A stretch of DNA of 64,000 bases from Octopus vulgaris. Lineage: Eukaryota. This document shows, one piece after another, positions 56,901 through 64,000 of the stretch. Below the pieces are notes generated by a model. The model saw nothing but the letters and a program-made list of their open reading frames with translations, ran no database searches and was not told the origin of the DNA. Both the position numbers and the translations under genes were made by a program. The stretch is taken from positions 50,344,001 through 50,408,000 of the forward strand of contig OX597832.1 of NCBI GenBank assembly GCA_951406725.2. The letters are read 5' to 3'. Every line of letters starts with the position of its first letter. Positions within the stretch are counted from its first letter, which is position 1.

Positions 56901-59167
56901 TTATTTCCTGTTACATTTCTTGCTGTGGCTGTGTAGTCCTATCCTGGACAAACACTCCCTCTGGCAGGTACTGCAAATGTAGCGAAGACTGTTCCTGGCT
57001 GGTTGTAGTGCCATGGTCTCTTGTTTATGTCCTCAGGCAAGCAGGAATACCAAGCATGTTTGCACTCCTCACACAAAGACGTATGAGATGGCTTGGGCAT
57101 GTTAGCCGTATGAAAGATGGCAGAATCCCCAAGGACATACTCTACGGAGAGCTTGCTAGGGGTACTAGGTCTGTGGGTAGACCGATCTTACGTTACAAGG
57201 ATGTTTGCAAAAGGGATATGAAGGCCTGCAACATCAACATTAGCGGTTGGGAGGCAGTCGCCGGCAACCGTGGAGAATGGCGACGTACAGTAAAAGAGGG
57301 TATACAGAGGAGTGACAGAAAGAGAGAGGAGAAATCTATGGTTAACACATGATAAAAAATAAAGAGAAAAATCATTTAACCTTTTGATACCAACTGATCT
57401 GAGATTGCCCCTGGTCCGATGAAACAAGACACAAACTCCCTGTTTTAAAAGGGATTTATATAAAAATCTAACAAAAATGTTATATTAATTCATGTTCTAA
57501 GCACTAGATTAATAATGGTTTCAAATTTTGGCACAAGGCCAGCAGTTTTGAAGTAGGGACTGAGTCGATTACACTGACCCCAGCACTCAACTGGTATGGC
57601 TTTTATCGACACCCAAAAGGGGTGAAATACAAAGTTAACCCTGGTGGAATTCGAACTCAGAACGCAAGAACAGACGAAACGCCACTGAACATTTCACCTG
57701 GCATGCTAACAATTCTGTCAGCTTGCCACCCTTAAACACTTGGTTTAATAAGGACGATATTATTTTACTAAATTCTTCATTTTCAAAATTAATTAACCCA
57801 AAGGTAGACTGTTTCAGCAGAAATATGTTTGACTAACCTCTGTCTTTCTCTCTTTCTATTTGCAGTGGGCTTTTGGTGTCACACTTTGGGAGTTGATGAC
57901 ACTTGGGCAACAGCCATATGCTGATATCGATCCCTTTGAAATGTCAGCATACCTACAAGAAGGTTACCGGATAGCTCAACCTATAAATTGTCCCGATGAA
58001 TTGTGAGTATATTACTGGATTGATTCTGTAGGTTTTATAATAGATACATTTTTCTTTGTTCATTAATTCATGAACTAGCTTCTTTACCCTCTGTACTCTT
58101 TTTACTCTTTTGCTTGTTTCAGTCATTTGACTGCGGCCATGCTGGAGCACCGCCTTTAGTTGAGCAAATCGACCCTGGGACTTATTCTTTGTAAGCCCAG
58201 TACTTATTCTATCGGTCTCTTTTGCCGAACCGCTAAGTGACGGGGACGTAAACACACCAGCATCGGTTGTCAAGCAATGCTAGGGGGACAAACACAGACA
58301 CACAAACATACACACATACGCATACATATATATATATATAGATATATATATATACGACAGGCTTCTTTCAGTTTCTGTCTACCAAATCCACTCACAAGGC
58401 TTTAGTTGGCCCGAGGCTATAGTAGAAGACACTTGCCCAAAGTGCCATGCAGTGGGACTGAATCCGGAACCATGTGGTTGGTAAGCAAGCTACTTACCAC
58501 ACAGCCACTCCTGCACCTTTCTATACTATTTTTCTATATGTTTCTAGTATATATTCATAGTGGTTAGCATGTTGCACTCAAAATTGCGAGATCGTGAGTT
58601 CGATTCCCAGACCGGGCATTGCATTGTGTTCTTGAGCAAAACACTTCATTTCATGTTGCTCTGCGATCGTTTCGACATCTGACATGTGGCACCCATTGCA
58701 CCTGTGCAGGTAATGTTGATCTGATGGAGGGAGTGAGCTTTTGTCTACAGAAACATTTCATCAGTATAAACAATTCATCAGTGTGGGTTGTTCGGTAAGA
58801 AATTGACGAACCCTCATACATCATCTAACGACAGGAGAGTGCATCATCAGATATATATATACATATAATAGGTATGGCAATGTGGATGATGAAATTCCAT
58901 ATAGAATTAGGAAAGCAAGTGTTGCTTTCAGAAGGCTAGAAAAGCGCCTCTGGAATTGGCGAGACATATGCAGAAAGACAAAGATAAAGGTGTACAAGGC
59001 ATGTGTGCTCCCTTCTCTTCTCTATGCCTGCGAGACGTGGGTCACATATCGATACCACCTTAAACAACTGGAACGTTTCCATCAGATGTGCCTCAGATGG
59101 ATCTATGGCATTAAGTGGAAGGACCGTATCAGTGATCTTGAAATACTCGAAGGCTCTCGGTGTGAAA

Positions 59168-59215
<48 letters not shown>

Positions 59216-60381
59216 GCATACATCATCACTATCGTTTAATGTCTGCTTACCATGGGTTGGACGGTTTGACATGGATCTGGTTTGCAGGGAGCTGTCCAGG
59301 CTCCAACTGTCTGTTGTGGGATGGTTTCTATGGCTGGATGCCCTTCTTAAGACCAACAACTTTATAGATTTCTGGGTGCATTATATGTGCCACTGTCACT
59401 GGCACATTTACACACCACCAGCACAGGTGTGTCAGCACAGGTGTGTCAGCACAGGCATGGGTGCATTCTGTGTGGCACTAGCACCTGAAAGGATATATAT
59501 GCATATATATATATATATATATATCATCATCATCGTTTAACGTCCGCTTTCCATGCTAGCATGGGTTGGACAGTTCAACTGGGGTCTGGGAAGCCAGAAG
59601 GCTGCGCCAGGCCCCAGTCTGATCTGGTGGTGTTTCTACAGCTGGATGCCCTTCCTAACGCCAACCACTCTGAGAGTGTAGTGGGTCGTTTTACGTGCCA
59701 CCTGCACAGGTGCCAGACAAGGCTGGCAAACGGCCATGATCAGATGGTGCTTTTTATGTGCCACCGATACGGGGGCCAGATGAGGCTGGCAACGGCCACA
59801 ATCGGATGGCCAGTCATCTTCATCATCATCATTGTTTAACATCTGCTTTCCATGCTGGCATGGGTTGGGCGATTCGACTGAGGACAGGCGAACCAGATGG
59901 CTGCACCAGACTCCAATCTGATCTGGCAGAGTTTCTACAGCTGGCTGCCCTTCCTAACGCCAACCACTCCGTGAGTGTAGTGGGTGCTTTTTACGTGCCA
60001 CCGGCACAAGGACCAGGCGAGGCTGGCAACGGCCACGATCGGATGGTGCTTTTTATGTGCCATATCATCCTCATCATCATCATTGTTTAACATCCGCTTT
60101 CCATGCTGGCATGGGTTGGGCGATTCGACTGAGGACCGGCGGTGGCGGCTGCTGCTGCTGTGATGGTCTCATCGTTTTACTGTGAATTCCTTTTTTAAAA
60201 TTTGGCATTTTAATATACTTTTGTTTAAATTTGTCCTTTGACTTCTTTTCTTTCTCTTTTTTTTTCTAGATTCTCCGTGATGGCTTGCTGCTGGGCAATA
60301 TCTTTTGAAGAACGTCCAAAATTCTCACAGCTCCTTGTTTGTCTTCAGGACTTTTATACAGCTCTTGGTCGATATATCTGA
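43585..60381 (+). CDS. RYK: RYK/Derailed-family receptor tyrosine pseudokinase, intracellular part (8 exons: 43585-43667, 46199-46324, 48464-48556, 49835-50040, 52267-52376, 54068-54227, 57866-58002, 60270-60381); 5' exons not seen in window
   Basis: Manual splicing at GT-AG sites gives one open frame of 341 aa: ...QTFLRADTPNN...ISIERNRITLGEILLEGTFG...VFIKT...HKDLATRNC...KITDNSLSRDLFPNDYNCLGDNENRPVKW...SDVWAFGVTLWELMTLGQQPYADIDPFEMSAYLQEGYRIAQPINCPDELFSVMACCWAISFEERPKFSQL...ALGRYI*. It matches recalled RYK sequence motif by motif. Confidence 0.97.
44016..44526. mobile_element. Tc1/mariner-superfamily (pogo-like) MITE
   Basis: TA-CCATAAATCCTCAAGTATAATC ... GACTATACTAGAGGATTTACAG-TA; internal subterminal TATTATACAC repeats. 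Confidence 0.78.
45491..45711. mobile_element. mariner-type MITE
   Basis: TA-CGAAGGGGTGCTAAAAAGTTCCT ... AGGAACTTTTCAGCACCTCCTCA-TA. Confidence 0.75.
46199..46324 (+). CDS. RYK: RYK exon (GLPNFRHGICIPMDTKGTDPRLLLEEISIERNRITLGEILLEG)
   Basis: TTTTCCAG acceptor, G|GTAAT donor, 126 nt, phase 1-1; resembles RYK IAISRERITLKDVLQEG. Confidence 0.93.
47973..48201. mobile_element. piggyBac-type MITE, family A
   Basis: Perfect TTAACCCTTTCGTTAC / GTAACGAAAGGGTTAA termini. Confidence 0.9.
48464..48556 (+). CDS. RYK: RYK exon, subdomains I-II (GTFGQIYCGTIITEDEKGGEFEQEVFIKTIT)
   Basis: AAG acceptor after pyrimidine tract, G|GTGAGT donor, 93 nt, phase 1-1. Confidence 0.93.
49048..49699 (+). mobile_element. 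tRNA-headed CORE-type SINE family D with 10-bp TSD, interrupted by CR1. Related copies 38352-38685(-), 19112-19410, 54610-54778(-), 58555-58845
   Basis: TGGTTAGAGCG..AGTTCGATTTCC head, GTGTTCTTGAGCAAGACAC box; TTACATTTGA at 49038-49047 and 49700-49709. Confidence 0.85.
49357..49686 (-). mobile_element. CR1-clade LINE 3' end with (TTAAC)n tail
   Basis: Minus strand LRGHSEKLYLRRFHLNRRRGAFSVRVADLWNKLPDEIVKMPTTARFKVSFDHKW. Confidence 0.85.
49835..50040 (+). CDS. RYK: RYK exon, subdomains III-V (DQARSDQTQVFLQECCMLKGLIHENINPV...GNLKKFLQKCRMSECGSHY)
   Basis: TGCAG acceptor, GTACGT donor; lies within ORF 49780-50061. Confidence 0.95.
50272..50610 (-). mobile_element. CR1-clade LINE 3' end with (ATT)n tail
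   Basis: GLRGH..KHFFMLRVAEVWNKLPASVVSCRSTASFRTSM. Confidence 0.82.
50890..51009. repeat. Intronic inverted repeat, 46-bp arms with one mismatch
   Basis: TTGTAAAGAATAAAAAGCTTTGAATGGTACAACAATGCACTATAAT mirrored at 50964-51009. Confidence 0.9.
51495..52075 (-). mobile_element. Longest copy of a repeat with GGCGTTAGGAAGGGCATCCAGC motif, internal minisatellite and (GAT)n tail; probably 3' UTR of an RTE-type LINE. Other copies ~19455-19795, 20898-21075, 23230-23325, 23575-23863, 30217-30650, 40375-40688, 44535-44910, 48782-49032, 51220-51480, 53038-53133, 59220-60140
   Basis: Shared 3' end CCAACCCATGCTAGCATGGAAAGCGGACGTTAAACGATGATG with variable 5' truncation; the two longest copies begin with an ORF-end-like WKYAVLEKT..AK* / WWFAVLEMECQAK*. 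Confidence 0.7.
52267..52376 (+). CDS. RYK: RYK exon, catalytic loop (ALNTQQLVYMAIQIIRGVQFLHRKKIVHKDLATRNC)
   Basis: TTCCAG acceptor, GTAAGT donor; HKDLATRN loop. Confidence 0.96.
53558..53931 (+). mobile_element. Non-autonomous Helitron
   Basis: A|TC..TATATAAA 5' end, subterminal hairpin CCTGAGCAACGCCGGG, CTAG|T 3' end, no TSD. Confidence 0.8.
54068..54227 (+). CDS. RYK: RYK exon, subdomains VII-IX (VDSDLGLKITDNSLSRDLFPNDYNCLGDNENRPVKWLSIEALLTHRFSPASDV)
   Basis: CTGCAG acceptor, GTAAGT donor; DNS in place of DFG; GDNENRP signature. Confidence 0.97.
54380..54534. mobile_element. Degenerate GC-rich DNA-transposon MITE
   Basis: GCATAGCTAG ... CTAGCTACAC inverted ends and GCCGCCTGGGGCG subterminal motif. 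Confidence 0.45.
56801..57332. mobile_element. 5'-truncated RTE-clade LINE with internal inversion and 11-bp TSD
   Basis: 57030-57332 (+) encodes RRMRWLGHVSRMKDGRIPKDILYGEL..GRP; 56812-57030 (-) encodes YICSTCQRECLSRIGLHSHSKKC plus 3' UTR and poly(A); AATCTATGGTT at 56790-56800 and 57333-57343. Confidence 0.9.
57866..58002 (+). CDS. RYK: RYK exon (WAFGVTLWELMTLGQQPYADIDPFEMSAYLQEGYRIAQPINCPDE)
   Basis: TTGCAG acceptor, GTGAGT donor. Confidence 0.97.
58876..59170 (+). mobile_element. RTE-clade LINE internal fragment, C-terminal to the RT domain
   Basis: DDEIPYRIRKASVAFRRL..TKIKVYKACVLPSLLYACETW..LERFHQMCLRWIYGIKWKDRIS. Confidence 0.88.
60270..60381 (+). CDS. RYK: RYK last coding exon (FSVMACCWAISFEERPKFSQLLVCLQDFYTALGRYI*)
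   Basis: Long T tract + CTAG acceptor; TGA at 60379-60381. Confidence 0.96.
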
Positions 60382-60753
60382 AGTATAAAAATATAAACAA
60401 AAAAAACTATTAAAAAAATGAATATATATACATATATGTGTATATATGTATATAGGGTTTTTACTGGTGTATGAGAGTGTATGTATGTGTATATACGGCT
60501 GCATGTGTATCTGATTGTTAATGTCTGTATATGCATCCGCAAAGGTTTGTGGGTGTGTAAAATTGTGTATTTGTATTTGTGTAAACATATATGTATATAC
60601 ATGTGTGTATGTATGTGTGTGTGTATATATATATCTACGTATGTATGTATATATGTGTGCGTGTATGTATATATATGTATGTATACATATATATGTGTGT
60701 GTTTGTGTGTATGTATATATATGTGTGTGTGTATGTATATATATATGTATACA

Positions 60754-60801
<48 letters not shown>

Positions 60802-61063
60802 TGTATGTATATATGTGTCTGTATGTATAATGAGAGAAAGAGACATTTACACAAATGCTCGTGTTTGTCTTTCTGTTAGTGTGTGTGTGTGTGTGTGTGT
60901 GTGTGCACACGTGTGTATGATTTAAAGCCTCCATATACATTTGCCATTCATATAATTTCTTATGCCATGGCACTGTCCTCAAACTTGCCAAAATTTTCAA
61001 CAAAAAAGTGAAATTTTAAAATTCAAAACAAAAAAAAAACAAAAACAAATAAAGACTAAATAC

Positions 61064-61086
61064 AATAAATAAATAAATAAATAAAT
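61064..61086 (+). terminator. Cluster of overlapping AATAAA hexamers, candidate RYK poly(A) signal
   Basis: (AATA)n run ~700 nt after the stop codon; could be just a microsatellite. Confidence 0.3.
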
Positions 61087-62551
61087 GGTAAATGCTTAAA
61101 CAAAATCAGGAAAGAAGGAAGAAAAAAAAAAAACAAACTATAAAATGGAAGTGAGAAAAAAAGCAAAAAAAAATGATGGAAAGAATATCCGAACTCTTTG
61201 CAAGAGTCCTCTCTCGTCCTTTCTCTAACATGAATAAGATAAAGACAAGGTTTTATCTAGCAGGTTATTATTATTATTATTATTATTATTATTGTCATCA
61301 TCATTATCATTATTATTATTTGTTGGTTTGTTTGTTTGTTTTTTTGTTTGTTTGGGGTGTCTTCTTTTTGTTTCAAAAAAAAAAAAAAAACACGTCTCTT
61401 TGAGTTCTTAGTTCAAATCACACTAGGGTTGACTTTGCCTTTCGTCTTTCCAAGGCCGATAAATATGTGGTACATGTAAATGTTTTGGATTCACTCTGCT
61501 ACTTCCCACACCCATTGCTGTTGTTCTCTCGTTGGAAAGAAATATCATTTATATAAAGAACATTACTAAGGGGGTGAGCTGGCAGAACCGTTGGCACATT
61601 GGCCAAAATACTTAATGGCATTTCACTTGGCTCTTCACTTCCTGTGCTCAAATTCCTGCCAAAGTCAGTTTTACCTGTCATCCTCTCAAAGTTGATAAAA
61701 TATGTACCAACCAAGCATTGTAGTCAGTGTAATAACTTGCCTCCTCCCATCAAAATTCCTGGCCTTGCACCAAAATTATTGTTATTATTATTACTATTAG
61801 TTTCAAATTCCGCTGAGGTTGACTTTGCCTTTCATCTTTTCAAATTCAATAAATTAAGTACCAATTGCTTACTGGGGTCGACCTAATCGACTGCCACCCC
61901 TCCCCCCAAAATTTGGGCCTTGCGCCTAGAGTAGAAAAGATTATTATTATTATCATCATTATTATTATTATCATTATTATTATTAGTAGTATTATTATTT
62001 TCAAATTCCACCTAGGTCGACTCTGCCTTTCATCCTTCTGGGTTCGATAAATTAAGTACCAGTGAAACACTGGGGTTAATGTAATCGCCTAGACCCTGCC
62101 CCCAAAATGGCTGCCTTTGTGGCAAAATTTGAAACCATTACTACTACTACTACTACTACTACTGCTACTAAGGCAAAATGCTTAGTGGCATTTCGTCCGT
62201 CTACATTCTGAGTTCAAATTATGCCAAGGTTGACTTTGCTTTTCATCCTTGATGCGCTGGGGTTGATGTAATTGACTAGTTCCCTCTGCCCGAATTTCAG
62301 GCCTTGCACCTCCAATAGAAAAAGTTATTGGTAAGAAGGTGGCGAGCTGGCAGAATCATTAGCACATCAGGCAAAATGCTTAGCAGCATCTCTTCCATCT
62401 TCACATTCTGAGTTCAAATTCCACCGAGGTCGACTTTGTCCTTCATCCTTTCAGGGTCGATAAAATAAGTACCAGCTGAACACTGGGGTTGATGCAATCG
62501 ACTCATCCCCTCCCCCAAAATTGCTGCCCTTGTGGCAAAATTTAAAACCAC

Positions 62552-62597
<46 letters not shown>

Positions 62598-63894
62598 GCT
62601 GTTATTGTTATTAAGGCAGCAAGCTGGCAGAACTGTTAGCACACTGGATGACATGCCTAGTGGCATTTCATCCGGCCCTACGTTCTGAGTTCAAATTCCG
62701 CTGAGGTCGACTTTGCCTTTCATCCTTTCAGAGTCGTTGATAAGTTAAGTACCAGTTGTGTACTAGGGTCGATTTAATCGACTGCACCCCCCCCACACAC
62801 ACACACACTTCCCCCAAAATTTCAGGCCTTGTACCTAGAGTAGAAAAGATTATTATTATTAAGGCAGCAAGCTGGCAGAATCGTTAGCACGTTTGATGGA
62901 ATGCTTAGCGGCATTTTGTCCATCCCTGTGTTTTCTGCCAAGGTCAACTTTGCCTTTCTTCCTTTTGGGGTCAATAAAAGAATTACCAGTTGCGTGCACT
63001 GGGGTCAATGTAATCAACTTATCCTCTTCCCACCAAATTTCAGGCCTTGTGCCTAGAATAGAAAGGATTATTATTGTTGATAGGATGGTGGGTGGTGGAA
63101 ATAGTAGTATGCTTGACTAAATGCCTTGTGGCGTTTAGTTACATTTCCCTTCATTGTGAGTTCAAATCCTGCCAGGCTGAACTTTGCCTTTCATTCCCTT
63201 CGGGGAGATCGATTTTACAGAAGTAGCACCAGTAATGAATTAACAAATGCATTAGAATCAATCAAATGACTAATTACACTGCCTCTTTCTCCATTACAAA
63301 TCGATGGCTTTTTTTGCCTATGTAAAAGAGAAAAAAAGAAAAAAAACCATTTCAACCATCATCATCATCATCATTATCATCATTACTATTATTATTATTA
63401 TTAATATTATTATTGATACACAATAACAAGAGTGCAATACAATATGTAATAAAATACAGATTGAAATTTCTTAATTTCTAAATTTCAGTTCTTTTTCCTT
63501 TTTTTTTAATTTTTTTTTATCGTTCATTTTCAAACCCAAAGAAGACGGAAATATTGTTCAATAAATAAATCATTCTGTAATTTATTACATTATCGCATTG
63601 TGCTATTCTATTTGTGTGTTTTACCTTCATGAAGAATTACATTACTCATCATATATTATTATTATTATTATTATGATTATTATCAAGGTGGCAAGCTTGC
63701 AGAATCGTTAGCATGCCGGATGAAATGCTTAGCAGTATTTCGCCTGTCGCTATGTTCTGAGTTCAAATTCCGCCGAGGTCGAATTTGCCTTTCATCCTTT
63801 TGGGGTTGATAAAATAAGTACCAGTTGAACACTGGGGTCGATGTAATCAACTCATCCCCACCTCCCCCAAGTTGCCCTCATAGTAAAAATTTTA

Positions 63895-63927
<33 letters not shown>

Positions 63928-64000
63928 TATTATTATTATTATTATTATTATTCCTTTAGTATTCAGAATACTCTGTTAAATGTAATATATTTTTTATTCA

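Noticed and set aside
56795-57352. 185-aa ORF as a host gene
   Set aside because: Chimeric read-through of the inverted RTE insertion; only 57030-57332 is sense RTE coding sequence.

Overview
AT-rich, microsatellite-saturated animal DNA. The SINE/LINE/MITE repertoire is typical of octopod cephalopods (inference from repeat families, not proven). One host gene is recognisable: eight + strand exons (43585-60381, all GT-AG, phases consistent, 341 aa to the stop) encode the juxtamembrane region and pseudokinase domain of a RYK/Derailed Wnt receptor. Its WIF and TM exons are not visible, so the first ~43.5 kb is probably one very large intron. Almost all ORFs in the supplied track are translations of (AT)n/(GT)n/(AAT)n repeats. 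The rest is transposon material: several tRNA-headed SINE families; RTE, CR1, R4/Dong and Penelope relics; piggyBac, mariner, hAT and Merlin-like MITEs; a Helitron; and a tRNA-Glu pseudogene. Most notable are (i) minimal hammerhead ribozymes in Penelope-type terminal repeats, including a ~185-bp palindrome with two back-to-back hammerheads in which only the copy on the RYK-sense strand has lost the catalytic G12, (ii) an RTE insertion with an internal inversion and 11-bp TSD matching twin priming, and (iii) SINE multimers with the same junction at unlinked loci.
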